A stretch of DNA of 64,000 nt from Eledone cirrhosa (GCA_964016885.1 OZ024748.1:25234001-25298000), one strand, 5' to 3'. Shown: positions 26,801-40,623, counted from the stretch's first letter. The notes: generated by a model not told the origin, from the letters alone. Numbers and translations: made by a program.

Positions 26801-27597
26801 TTCTCCCTAAAAATGAAAGGCAGGTTGTACGATGCCTGCATACGAACAGCAATGTTGCATGGTAGTGAGACCTGGGCATTGTGTGCAGAGGATATACGCA
26901 GACTAGAGAGGAACGAAGCTTGCATGCTCCGCTGGATGTGTAACAGTAATATACGTGAACGGCAAAGCATAAACGAACTAAGGAAAAAATTAGAGATAAG
27001 AGGGATCAGATGTTGTTTACTCGAGAGAAGGCTGCGTTGGTATGGACACGTGATGTGCATGAAAGTCGATTGCTGTATAACAAAGTGCAGGGCAATAAAG
27101 ATAGACGGTAGCCACGGAATAGGCAGACCTAGAAAAACCTGGGATGAGCTGATAAACTCCGACCTCACACACTTACACCTCTCCAAGACAATGTCACTGG
27201 ACCGAGACCTTTGGCGGTACTCAGTAACAGAGAAGACCCGCCTTGCCAGTAGGCATCTCTAACAAAATACACCCCCCCCCCATCCTCACCACCCCGTTCT
27301 ATGTAAAGTTATGTTGGTGCCGCGCCATCCAGGCCGAAACAAATGAGATCGTGTAGGTGTCACGACAAAAAAACACACAGTCCACGCTGTAATGTGGCCG
27401 TGTAGGCAACACGGTAAAAACCTCCCAGACCCACACTGTAAATGTGGTTGGTGTTAGGAAGGGCATCCAACTGTAGAAAATCTGCCAGACAGTCCTATGC
27501 GAGCAAGACAATCACTCTTGCCTCAAGTGGGACTACCCCCGTCCAAACCCATGCAAGCGTGGAACACGGACGTTAAACGTTGATGATGATGATGATG
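23868..27597 (+). mobile_element. Apparently full-length RTE-clade non-LTR retrotransposon
   Basis: Single uninterrupted ORF with APE and RT, a ~330-bp 3' UTR and the tail ggacgttaaacgttgatgatgatgatgatg. Confidence 0.95.
23984..27262 (+). CDS. RTE ORF: apurinic-like endonuclease + reverse transcriptase with inserted PHD-type zinc finger (true start probably ATG at 24008, 24080 or 24149)
   Basis: APE motifs TINVGTL, IQETRW, GDLNGH, QVDYIL, SQHR. RT motifs KAAGP, NYRGI, QFGF, FVDLEKAFD, GVHQGSVLSP, YADD (26294), FRYLG. RTE C-terminus RRLRWYGHV...GRPRKTW. C4HC3 cluster at 26465-26596. Confidence 0.95.
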   Translation: MPSIYDRWMDGWTDCGILESGRERKIWTLRAKMPKLKSNSPRGRECEHSSLFRPRMANITLSPPAPHHPHPPNATQNFRVGTINVGTLKGRANEVVEMLERKEVDVCCIQETRWRAGSARFIEGKKRCYKLFWVGNDDGLGGVGIMVAEKWADKIIDVNRVNDRIIKIRLVLNRTTVTVISAYAPQSGLPGTIKDRFYETLLLTTSQISDSDYIIIAGDLNGHVGQHCDGYDEIHVGYGFGTRNEEGSRILEFCDANNLTICNTNFKKRDNHLITYRSGEHTSQVDYILTRRRDRVSVVNTKSLPHEECTSQHRLIISDLIVRTRRTRQQKRTILRRKIWKLKDPTARNKFQSILLDAFDSKEEHLESDNIEGQWEFLKANLLLATGEVCGWSRPVGRRRVTWWWNSRVEGSIKAKKQAWKVWRDGGSRVDYQVARREARREVYLARREAEERKFKHVLQCDDQKREVFRIARQCVKENRDIVGEKCVFNDDGILAITDTDKKVAWKCHYERLLNEENKWEKDSLPHIDPIEGPAVLVEGSIISKAIKDMKTGKAAGPSEIVAEMLKASGTVGHTMVTRIVNQVVQNGVVPKDWHSSIIVNCYKGKGDTLDRSNYRGIKLIDQVMKVTEKVIAQLIRERIDLDEMQFGFVSGKSTTDALFIVRQLQEKYLAKGKPLYLAFVDLEKAFDRVPRSIIWWALRKLGVDEWLVRAIQAMYKETVSKVRINNEYSEEFSVKVGVHQGSVLSPLLFIIALQAITEEFKTGCPWELLYADDLTLIAESMAELEKKFQTWKHGLESKGLKINLAKTKVLVCRKENKAAVPSGKWSCSVCRKGVGRNSILCPKCKVWVHKRCSGITGKLTKNIDFTCGRCSGAISSSKCPQNTSSFNCAEGSIEIVDSFRYLGDKISSGGGCSESTVARVRTGWKKFRELIPLLAAKGFSLKMKGRLYDACIRTAMLHGSETWALCAEDIRRLERNEACMLRWMCNSNIRERQSINELRKKLEIRGIRCCLLERRLRWYGHVMCMKVDCCITKCRAIKIDGSHGIGRPRKTWDELINSDLTHLHLSKTMSLDRDLWRYSVTEKTRLASRHL

Positions 27598-30500
27598 ATA
27601 GTCTCTTCATCTATATCTTTATATCTATATAGTCGATTCATCTATATCTTTATATTTATATAGTCTCTTCATCTATATCTTTATATTTATATAGTCTCTT
27701 CATCTATATCTTTATATCTATATAGTCTCTTCATCCATATCTTTATATCTATATAGTCTCTTCATCTATATCTTTATATTTATATAGTCTCTTCATCCAT
27801 ATCTTTATATTTATATAGTCTCTTCATCTATATGTTTATATCTATATAGTCTCTTCATCTATATCTTTATATATATATAGTCTCTTCATCCATATCTTTA
27901 TATTTATATAGTCTATTCATCTATATCTTTATATCTATATAGTCTCTTCATCCATATCTTCATATTTATATAGTCTCTTCATCCATATCTTTATATTTAT
28001 ATAGTCTCTTCATCCATATCTTTATATTTATATAGTCTCTTCATCTATATCTTTATATCTATACAGTCTCTTCACATATATATTTATATCTATATAGTCT
28101 CTTCATCCATATCTTTATATTTATATAGTCTCTTCACCTATATCTTTATATCTATATAGTCTCTTCATCTATATCTTTATATCTATATAGTCTCTTCATC
28201 TATATCTTTATATCTATATAGTCTCTTCATCCATATCTTTATATCTGTATAGTCTCTTCATCCATATCTTTATATTTATATAGTCTCTTCATCTATATCT
28301 TTATATTTATATAGCCTCTTCATCTATATCTTTATATCTATATAGTCTCTTCATCCATATCTTTATATCTATATAGTCTCTTCCTCCATATCTTTATATT
28401 TATATAGTCTCTTCATCCATATCTTTATATTTATATAGTGTCTTCATCCATATCTTTATATCTATATAGTCTCTTCATCCCTATCTTTATATTTATATAG
28501 TCTCTTCATCCATATCTTTATATTTATATAGTCTCTTCATCTATATCTTTATATTTATATAGTCTCTTCATCTATATCTTTATATCTATATAGTCTCTTC
28601 ATCCATATCTTTATATCTATATAGTCTCTTCATCTATATCATCATATCTATATAGTCTCTTCATCTATATCTTTATATCCATATAGTCTCTTCATCCATA
28701 TCTTTATATTTATATAGTCTCTTCATCTATATCTTTATATCTATATAGTCTCTTCATCCATATCTTTATATTTATATAGTCTCCTCATCCATATCTTTAT
28801 ATCTATATAGTCTCTTCATCCATATCTTTATATTTATATAGTTTCTTCATCTAAATCATTATAACTATATAGTCTCTTCATCTATATCTTTATATTTATA
28901 TAGTCTCTTCATCCATATCTTTATATCTATATAGTCTCTTCATCTATATCTTTATATCCATATAGTCTCTTCATCTATATCTTTATATTTATATAGTCTC
29001 TTCATCTATATCTTTATATTTATATAGTCTCTTCATCCATATCTTTATATTTATATAGTCTCTTCATCCAAATCTTTATATTTACATAGTCTCTTCATCC
29101 ATATCTTTATATCTATATAGTCTCTTCATCCATATCTTTATATCTATATAGTCTCTTCATCCATATCTTTATATTAATATAGTCTCTTCATCTATATCTT
29201 TATATTTATATAGTCTCTTCATCCATATCTTTATATTTATATAGTCTCTTCATCCATATCTTTATATTTACATAGTCTCTTCATCCATATCTTTATATTT
29301 ATATAGTCTCTTCATCCATATCTTTATATTTATATAGTCTCTTCATCTATATCTTTATATCTATTTCGTCTCTTCATCCATATCTTTATATTTATATAGT
29401 CTCCTCATCCATATCTTTATATCTATATAGTCTCTTCATCCATATCTTTATATTTATATAGTCTCTTCATCCATATCTTTATATTTACATAGTCTCTTCA
29501 TCCATATCTTTATATTTATATAGTCTCTTCATCCATATCTTTATATTTATATAGTCTCTTCATCTATATCTTTATATCTATATAGTCTCTTCATCCATAT
29601 CTTTATATTTATATAGTTTCTTCATCTAAATCATTATATCTATATAGTCTCTTCATCTATATCTTTATATTTATATAGTCTCTTCATCCATATCTTTATA
29701 TCTATATAGTCTCTTCATCTATATCTTTATATCCATATAGTCTCTTCATCTATATCTTTATATTTATATAGTCTCTTCATCCATATCTTTATATTTATAT
29801 AGTCTCTTCATCTATATCTTTATATCTATATAGTCTCTTCATCCATATCTTTATATTTATATAGTTTCTTCATCTAAATCATTATATCTATATAGTCTCT
29901 TCATCTATATCTTTATATTTATATAGTCTCTTCATCCATATCTTTATATCTATATAGTCTCTTCATCTATATCTTTATATCTATATAGTCACTTCATCCA
30001 TATCTTTATATCTATATAGTCTCTTCATCCCTATCTTTATATTTATATAGTCTCTTCATCCATATCTTCATATTTATATAGTCTTTCATCTATATCTTTA
30101 TATCTATATAGTCTCTTCATCCATATCTTTATATTTATATAGTTTCTTCATCTATATCATTATATCTATATAGTCTCTTCATCTATATCTTTATATTTAT
30201 ATAGTCTCTTCATCCATATCTTTATATTTATATAGTTTCTTCATCTATATCTTTATATCTATATAGTCTCTTCATCTATATCTTTATATTTATATAGTCT
30301 CTTCATCCATATCTTTATATCTATATAGTCTCTTCATCTATATCTTTATATCCATATAGTCTCTTCATCTATATCTTTATATTTATATAGTCCCTTCATC
30401 CATTTCTTTATATTTATATAGTCTCTTCATCTATATCTTTATATCTATATAGTCTCTTCATCCATATCTTTATATCCATATAGTCTCTTCATCTATATCT

Positions 30501-33500
30501 TTATATTTATATAGTCCCTTCATCCATTTCTTTATATTTATATAGTCTCTTCATCTATATCTTTATATCTATATAGTCTCTTCATCCATATCTTTATATC
30601 CATATAGTCTCTTCATCTATATCTTTATATTTATATAGTCCCTTCATCCATTTCTTTATATTTATATAGTCTCTTCATCTATATCTTTATATCTATATAG
30701 TCTCTTCATCCATATCTTTATATTTATATAGTCTCTTCATCTATATCTTTATATCTATATAGTCTCTTCATCTATAACTTTATATCTATATAGTCTCTTC
30801 ATCCATATCTTTATATCTATTTAGTCTCTTCATCTATATCTTTATATTTATATAGTCTCTTCATCTATATCTTTATATCTATATAGTCTCTTCACCTATA
30901 TCTTTATATTTATATAGTCTCTTCATCTATATCTTTATATCTATATAGTCTCTTCATCTATATCTTTATATCTATATCTATATAGTCTCTTCATCTATAT
31001 CTTTATATTTATATAGTCTCTTCATCCATATCTTTATATTTATATAGTCTCTTCATCCATATCTATATATCTATATAGTCTCTTCATCCATATCTTTATA
31101 TTTATATAGTTTCTTGATCTAAATCATTATATCTATATAGTCTCTTCATCTATATCTTTATATTTATATAGTCTCTTCATCCATATCTTTATATCTATAT
31201 AGTCTCTTCATCTATATCTTTATATCCATATAGTCTCTTCATCTATATCTTTATATTTATATAGTCTCTTCATCCATATCTTTATATTTATATAGTCTCT
31301 TCATCTATATCTTTATATCTATATAGTCTCTTCATCCATATCTTTATATTTATATAGTTTCTTCATCTAAATCATTATATCTATATAGTCTCTTCATCTA
31401 TATCTTTATATTTATATAGTCTCTTCATCCATATCTTTATATCTATATAGTCTCTTCATCTATATCTTTATATCTATATAGTCTCTTCATCCATATCTTT
31501 ATATCTATATAGTCTCTTCATCCCTATCTTTATATTTATATAGTCTCTTCATCCATATCTTCATATTTATATAGTCTTTCATCTATATCTTTATATCTAT
31601 ATAGTCTCTTCATCCATATCTTTATATTTATATAGTTTCTTCATCTATATCATTATATCTATATAGTCTCTTCATCTATATCTTTATATTTATATAGTCT
31701 CTTCATCCATATCTTTATATTTATATAGTTTCTTCATCTATATCTTTATATCTATATAGTCTCTTCATCTATATCTTTATATTTATATAGTCTCTTCATC
31801 CATATCTTTATATCTATATAGTCTCTTCATCTATATCTTTATATCCATATAGTCTCTTCATCTATATCTTTATATTTATATAGTCTCTTCATCCATTTCT
31901 TTATATTTATATAGTCTCTTCATCTATATCTTTATATCTATATAGTCTCTTCATCCATATCTTTATATTTATATAGTCTCTTCATCTATATCTTTATATC
32001 TATATAGTCTCTTCATCTATAACTTTATATCTATATAGTCTCTTCATCCATATCTTTATATCTATATAGTCTCTTCATCTATATCTTTATATTTATATAG
32101 TCTCTTCATCTATATCTTTATATCTATATAGTCTCTTCACCTGTATCTTTATATTTATATAGTCTCTTCATCTATATCTTTATATCTATATAGTCTCTTC
32201 ATCTATATCTTTATATCTATATCTATATAGTCTCTTCATCTATATCTTTATATTTATATAGTCTCTTCATCCATATCTTTATATTTATATAGTCTCTTCA
32301 TCCATATCTATATATCTATATAGTCTCTTCATCCATATCTTTATATTTATATAGTCTCTTCACCTATATCTTTATATTTATATAGTCTCTTCATCCATAT
32401 CTTTATATTTATATAGTCTCTTCATCTATATCTTTATATCTATATAGTCTCTTCATCCATATCTTTATATTTATATAGTCTCTTCATCTATATCTTTATA
32501 TCTATATAGTCTCTTCATCCATATCTTTATATTTATATAGTCTCTTCATCTATATCTTTATATTTATATAGTCTCTTCATCTATATCTTTATATTTATAT
32601 AGTCTCTTCATCTATATCTTTATATGTATATAGTCTCTTCATCCACATCTTTATATCTATATAGTCTCTTCATCTATATCTTTATATTTATATAGTCTCT
32701 TCATCCATATCTTTATATCTATATAGTCTCTTTATCCATATCTTTATATCTATATAGTCTCTTCATCCATATCTTTATATCTATATAGTCTCTTCATCCA
32801 CATCTTTATATCTATATAGTCTCTTCATCTATATCTTTATATTTATATAGTCTCTTCATCCATATCTTTATATCTATATAGTCTCTTCATCTATATCTTT
32901 ATATCTATATAGTGTCTTCATCCATATCTTTATATTTATATAGTCTCTTCATCCATATCTTTATATTTATATAGTCTCTTCATCCATATCTTTATATTTA
33001 CATAGTATCTTCATCTATATCTTTATATTTATATAGTCTTTTCATCCATATCTTTATATCTATATAGTCTCTTCATCCATATCTTTATATTTATATAGTC
33101 TCTTCATCTATATCTTTATATCTATATAGTCTCTTCATCCATATCTTTATATCTATATAGTCTCTTCATCCATATCTTTATATCTATATAGTCTCTTCAT
33201 TCATATCTTTATATTTATATAGTCTCTTCATCCATATCTTTATATCTATATAGTCTCTTCATCCATATCTTTATATTTATATAGTCTCTTCATCCATATC
33301 TTTATATCTATATAGTCTCTTCATCCATATCTTTATATTTATATAGTCTCCTCATCCATATCTTTATATCTATATAGTCTCTTCATCCATATCTTTATAT
33401 TTATATAGTCTCTTCATCCATATCTTTATATTTACATAGTCTCTTCATCCATATCTTTATATTTATATAGTCTCTTCATCCATATCTTTATATTTATATA

Positions 33501-36500
33501 GTCTCTTCATCTATATCTTTATATCTATATAGTCTCTTCATCCATATCTTTATATTTATATAGTTTCTTCATCTAAATCATTATATCTATATAGTCTCTT
33601 CATCTATATCTTTATATTTATATAGTCTCTTCATCCATATCTTTATATCTATATAGTCTCTTCATCTATATCTTTATATCCATATAGTCTCTTCATCTAT
33701 ATCTTTATATTTATATAGTAGTCTCTTCATCCATATCTTTATATTTATATAGTCTCTTCATCTATATCTTTATATCTATATAGTCTCTTCATCCATATCT
33801 TTATATTTATATAGTTTCTTCATCTAAATCATTATATCTATATAGTCTCTTCATTTATATCTTTATATTTATATAGTCTCTTCATCCATATCTTTATATC
33901 TATATAGTCTCTTCATCTATATCTTTATATCTATATAGTCACTTCATCCATATCTTTATATCTATATAGTCTCTTCATCCCTATCTTTATATTTATATAG
34001 TCTCTTCATCCATATCTTCATATTTATATAGTCTTTCATCTATATCTTTATATCTATATAGTCTCTTCATCCATATCTTTATATTTATATAGTTTCTTCA
34101 TCTATATCATTATATCTATATAGTCTCTTCATCTATATCTTTATATTTATATAGTCTCTTCATCCATATCTTTATATTTATATAGTTTCTTCATCTATAT
34201 CTTTATATCTATATAGTCTCTTCATCTATATCTTTATATTTATATAGTCTCTTCATCCATATCTTTATATCCATATAGTCTCTTCATCTATATCTTTATA
34301 TTTATATAGTCCCTTCATCCATTTCTTTATATTTATATAGTCTCTTCATCTATATCTTTATATCTATATAGTCTCTTCATCCATATCTTTCTATTTATAT
34401 AGTCTCTTCATCTATATCTTTATATCTATATAGTCTCTTCATCTATAACTTTATATCTATATAGTCTCTTCATCCATATCTTTATATCTATTTAGTCTCT
34501 TCATCTATATCTTTATATTTATATAGTCTCTTCATCTATATCTTTATATCTATATAGTCTCTTCACCTATATCTTTATATTTATATAGTCTCTTCATCTA
34601 TATCTTTATATCTATATAGTCTCTTCATCTATATCTTTATATCTATATCTATATAGTCTCTTCATCTATATCTTTATATTTATATAGTCTCTTCATCCAT
34701 ATCTTTATATTTATATAGTCTCTTCATCCATATATATATATCTATATAGTCTCTTCATCCATATCTTTATATTTATATAGTTTCTTCATCTAAATCATTA
34801 TATCTATATAGTCTCTTCATCTATATCTTTATATTTATATAGTCTCTTCATCCATATCTTTATATCTATATAGTCTCTTCATCTATATCTTTATATCCAT
34901 ATAGTCTCTTCATCTATATCTTTATATTTATATAGTCTCTTCATCCATATCTTTATATTTATATAGTCTCTTCATCTATATCTTTATATCTATATAGTCT
35001 CTTCATCCATATCTTTATATTTATATAGTTTCTTCATCTAAATCATTATATCTATATAGTCTCTTCATCTATATCTTTATATTTATATAGTCTCTTCATC
35101 CATATCTTTATATCTATATAGTCTCTTCATCTATATCTTTATATCTATATAGTCTCTTCATCCATATCTTTATATCTATATAGTCTCTTCATCCCTATCT
35201 TTATATTTATATAGTCTCTTCATCCATATCTTCATATTTATATAGTCTTTCATCTATATCTTTATATCTATATAGTCTCTTCATCCATATCTTTATATTT
35301 ATATAGTTTCTTCATCTATATCATTATATCTATATAGTCTCTTCATCTATATCTTTATATTTATATAGTCTCTTCATCCATATCTTTATATTTATATAGT
35401 TTCTTCATCTATATCTTTATATCTATATAGTCTCTTCATCTATATCTTTATATTTATATAGTCTCTTCATCCATATCTTTATATCTATATAGTCTCTTCA
35501 TCTATATCTTTATATCCATATAGTCTCTTCATCTATATCTTTATATTTATATAGTCTCTTCATCCATTTCTTTATATTTATATAGTCTCTTCATCTATAT
35601 CTTTATATCTATATAGTCTCTTCATCCATATCTTTATATTTATATAGTCTCTTCATCTATATCTTTATATCTATATAGTCTCTTCATCTATAACTTTATA
35701 TCTATATAGTCTCTTCATCCATATCTTTATATCTATATAGTCTCTTCATCTATATCTTTATATTTATATAGTCTCTTCATCTATATCTTTATATCTATAT
35801 AGTCTCTTCACCTATATCTTTATATTTATATAGTCTCTTCATCTATATCTTTATATCTATATAGTCTCTTCATCTATATCTTTATATCTATATCTATATA
35901 GTCTCTTCATCTATATCTTTATATTTATATAGTCTCTTCATCCATATCTTTATATTTATATAGTCTCTTCATCCATATCTATATATCTATATAGTCTCTT
36001 CATCCATATCTTTATATTTATATAGTCTCTTCACCTATATCTTTATATTTATATAGTCTCTTCATCCATATCTTTATATTTATATAGTCTCTTCATCTAT
36101 ATCTTTATATCTATATAGTCTCTTCATCCATATCTTTATATTTATATAGTCTCTTCATCTATATCTTTATATCTATATAGTCTCTTCATCCATATCTTTA
36201 TATTTATATAGTCTCTTCATCTATATCTTTATATTTATATAGTCTCTTTATCTATATCTTTATATGTATATAGTCTCTTCATCTATATCTTTATATCTAT
36301 ATAGTCTCTTCATCCATATCTTTATATTTATATAGTCTCTTCATCTATATCTTTATATTTATATAGTCTCTTCATCCATATCTTTATATTTATATAGTCT
36401 CTTCATCCACATCTTTATATCTATATAGTCTCTTCATCTATATCTTTATATCTATATAGTCTCTTCATCCATATCTTTATATTTATATAGTCTCTTCATC

Positions 36501-39346
36501 CATATCTTTATATTTATATAGTCTCTTCATCCATATCTTTATATTTATATAGTCTCTTCATCCATATCTTTATATTTATATAGTATCTTCATCTATATCT
36601 TTATATTTATATAGTCTTTTCATCTATATCTTTATATCTATATAGTCTCTTCATCCATATCTTTATATCTATATAGTCTCTTCATCTATATCTTTATATC
36701 TATATAGTCTCTTCATCTATATCTTTATATTTATATAGTCTCTTCATCTATACCTTTATATCTATATAGTCTCTTCATGCATATCTTTATATTTATATAG
36801 TCTCTTCATCTATATCTTTATATCTATATAGTCTCTTCATCTATAACTTTATATCTATATAGTCTCTTCATCCATATCTTTATATCTATGTAGTCTCTTC
36901 ATCTATATCTTTATATTTATATAGTCTCTTCATCTATATCTTTATATCTATATAGTCTCTTCACCTATATCTTTATATTTATATAGTCTCTTCATCTATA
37001 TCTTTATATCTATATAGTCTCTTCAACTATATCTTTATATCTATATCTATATAGTCTCTTCATCTATATCTTTATATTTATATAGTCTCTTCATCCATAC
37101 ATTTATATCTATATAGTCTCTTCATCCATATCTTTATATCTATATAGTCTCTTCATCCATATCTTTATATTTATATAGTCTCTTCACCTATATCTTTATA
37201 TCTATATAGTCTCTTCATCCATATCTTTATATTTATATAGTCTCTTCATCTATATCTTTATATCTATATAGTCTCTTCATCCATATCTTTATATCTATAT
37301 AGTCTCTTCATCCATATCTTTATATCTATATAGTCTCTTCATTCATATCTTTATATTTATATAGTCTCTTCATCCATATCTTTATATCTATATAGTCTCT
37401 TCATCCATATCTTTATATTTATATAGTCTCTTCATCCATATCTTTATATCTATATAGTCTCTTCATCTATATCTTTATATTTATATAGTCTCTTCATCCA
37501 TATCTTTATATTTATATAGTCTCTTCATCCATATCTATATATCTATATAGTCTCTTCATCCATATCTTTATATTTATATAGTCTCTTCATCCATATCTTT
37601 ATATTTATATAGTCTCTTCATCTATATCTTTATATTTATATAGTCTCTTCATCTATATCTTTATATCTATATAGTCTCTTCATCTATATCTTTATATTTA
37701 TATAGTCTCTTCATCCATATCTTTATATTTATATAGTCTCTTCATCTATATCTATATATTTATATAGTCTCTTCATCTATATCTTTATATGTATATAGTC
37801 TCTTCATCTATATCTTTATATCTATATAGTCTCTTCATCCCTATCTTTATATTTATATAGTCTCTTCATCTATATCTTTATATTTATATAGTCTCTTCAT
37901 CTATATCTTTATATCTATATAGTCTCTTCATCCATATCTTTATATCTGTATAGTCTCTTTATCCATATCTTTATATCTATATAGTCTCTTTATCTATATC
38001 TTTATATCTATATAGTCTCTTCATCCATATCTTTATATCTATATAGTCTCTTCATCTATATCTTTATATCTATATAGTCTCTTCATCTATATCTTTATAT
38101 CTATATAGTCTCTTTATCCATATCTTTATATCTATATAGTCTCTTCATCTATATCTTTATATTTATATAGTCTCTTCATCTATATCTTTATATCTATATA
38201 GTCTCTTCATCTATATCTTTATATCTATATAGTCTCTTCATCAATATCTTTATATCTATATAGTCTCTTCATCCATATCTTTATATCTATATAGTCTCCT
38301 CATCTATATCTTTATATTTATATAGTCTCTTCATGTATATCTTTATATCCATATAGTCTCTTCATCCCTATCTTTCTATTTATATTGTCTCTTCATCTAT
38401 ATCTTTATATCTATATAGTCTCTTCATCCATATCTTTATATTTATATAGTCTCTTCATCCATATCTTTATATTTATATAGTCTCTTCATCTTTATCTTTA
38501 TATCTATATAGTCTCTTCATCCATATCTTTATATCTATATAGACTCTTCATCCCTATCTTTATATTTATATATTCTCTTCATGTATATCTTTATATCTAT
38601 ATAGTCTCTTCATCCATATCTTTATATCTAAATAGTCTCTTCATCTATATCTTTATATCTATATAGTCTCTTCACCTATATCTTTATATCTATATAGTCT
38701 CTTCATCCATATCTTTATATCTATATAGTCTCTTCATCCATATCTTTATATCTATATAGTCTCTTCATCCATATCTTTATATATATATAGTCTCTTCATC
38801 TATATCTTTATATCTATATAGTCTCTTCATCCATATCTTTATATTTATATAGTCTCTTCATCCATATCTTTATATTTATATAGTCTCTTCATCCATATCT
38901 TTATATTTATATAGTCTCTTCATCCATATCTTTATATTTATATAGTCTCTTCACCTATATCTTTATATTTATATAGTCTCTTCATCGATATCTTTATATT
39001 TATATAGTCTCTTCATCTATATCTTTATATTTATATAGTCTCTTCATCTATATCTTTATATTTATATAGTCTCTTCACCTATATCTTTATATTTATATAG
39101 TCTCTTCATCTATATCTTTATATCTATATAGTCTCTTCATCTATATCTTTATATCTATATAGACTCTTCATCCATATCTTTATATCTATATAGTCTCTTC
39201 ATCTATATCTTTATATTTATATAATCTCTTCATCTATATCTTTATATCCATATAGTCTCTTCACCTATATCTTTATATTTATATAGTCTCTTCATCTATA
39301 TCTTTATATTTATATAGTCTCTTCATCTATATCTTTATATCTACAG
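27598..39346. repeat. 31-bp satellite, right block (~380 units), ending at a splice acceptor
   Basis: Same unit as 6741-20785. The final unit reads TCTCTTCATCTATATCTTTATATCTACAG. Confidence 0.98.
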
Positions 39347-39407
39347 GGTGCTGTTGTATCATTGGCCATCAGTTATCCTTTTGAAACTGCAAGGACACGA
39401 ATGCAAG
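39347..39407 (+). CDS. SLC25A17: Exon (61 nt, phase 0 to 1) of PMP34/SLC25A17-like carrier: GAVVSLAISYPFETARTRMQ
   Basis: CAG|GGT...CAAG|GTAAGA. Carries the carrier signature Px[DE]xx[KR]x[KR] (PFETARTR) and aligns with remembered PMP34 [20 protein letters not shown]. Confidence 0.88.
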
Positions 39408-39562
39408 GTAAGAAATAGTCAATAAAATAAAGTGTCAGTAATGAGCCTGGGCCGATTTATTCGACTTTCCTGTCCCCCCAAATTGCTAGCCCTCTGCCTA
39501 TTATTTTGAGTTTGTAGGATTAAACATTTTAATTGTATTAAATATATGGAAAAATGTAATTA

Positions 39563-40613
39563 CATTTACATGTGGCCGGTGCTCTGGTGCAATAAGTATC
39601 AGCAAGTGCCCACAGAATACTAGCTCATTCCATTGCACAGATGATTCTATAGAAATAGTGGACACCTCCCGTTACCTGGGTGACAAAATGAGCAGTGGGG
39701 GAGGGTGCTCTGAAAGTACAGTAGCTAGAGTCAGAACGGGATGGAAAAAGTTCAGATAGCTTATACCACTATTAGCCGCTAAAGGGTTCTCTCTAAAAAT
39801 GAAAGGCAGGCTGTATGATGCCTGCATACGAACAGCAATGCTGCATGGCAGTGAGACCTGGGCATTGTGTGCAGAGGATATACGCAGACTGGAGAGGAAC
39901 GAAGCTTGCATGCTCCGCTGGATGTGTAATAGTAATATACGTGAATGGCAAAGCATAAACTAACTAAGGGAGAAATTAGGAATAAGAGGGATCAGATGTT
40001 GTTTACTCGAGAGAAGACTACGTTGGTATGGTCACGTGATGCGCATGAAAGATGACAGCTGTATAAAAAAGTGCAGGGCGATAAAAATAGACAGTAGCCA
40101 CGGAGTAGGCAGACCCAGAAAATCCTGGGACGACTTGATAAATTCCGACCTCACACACTTACACCTCTCCAAGACAATGTCACTGGACTGAGATCGTTGG
40201 CGTTACACAGTCATACAGAAGACCCGCCTTGCCTAAGTACAAAGCGAAACCTACAGTCAGTAGGCACCTCTAACAAAATACACCCCCGGCCCACTACCCC
40301 ATCCACACCACCCCCTTAAATGTGAAGTTATGTTGGTACCACAACATCCAGTCCGAAACAAATGAGGTCGTGTAGGTGTCACAACAAAAAAACACAGAGT
40401 CCACGCTATAATGTGGCCATGTAGGTAACACGGTAAAAACCTCCCAGTCCACACTGTAAACGTGGTTGGTGTTAGGAAGGGCATCCAGCTGTAGAAAACC
40501 TGTGAGACAGTCCTATGCGAGCAGGACAACAAATCTTGCCTCAAGTGGGAAAATTCCCGTCCAAACCCATGCAAGCGTGGAAGATGGACGTTAAACGATG
40601 ATGATGATGATGT
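39563..40613 (+). mobile_element. 5'-truncated RTE LINE with 13-bp TSD
   Basis: Matches 26578-27597 with in-frame stops and has a (GAT)n tail. TSD AAAAATGTAATTA at 39550-39562 and 40614-40626. Confidence 0.93.
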
Positions 40614-40623
40614 AAAAATGTAA

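Noticed and set aside
23848-27511. Numerous short antisense ORFs over the RTE copies (also 3189-3873, 39672-39956, 47553-49457)
   Set aside because: Shadow frames of the RT coding strand.
6741-39346. Satellite units as recursive splice (AG|GT) sites
   Set aside because: The AG is followed by TC, so no donor is regenerated after splicing.
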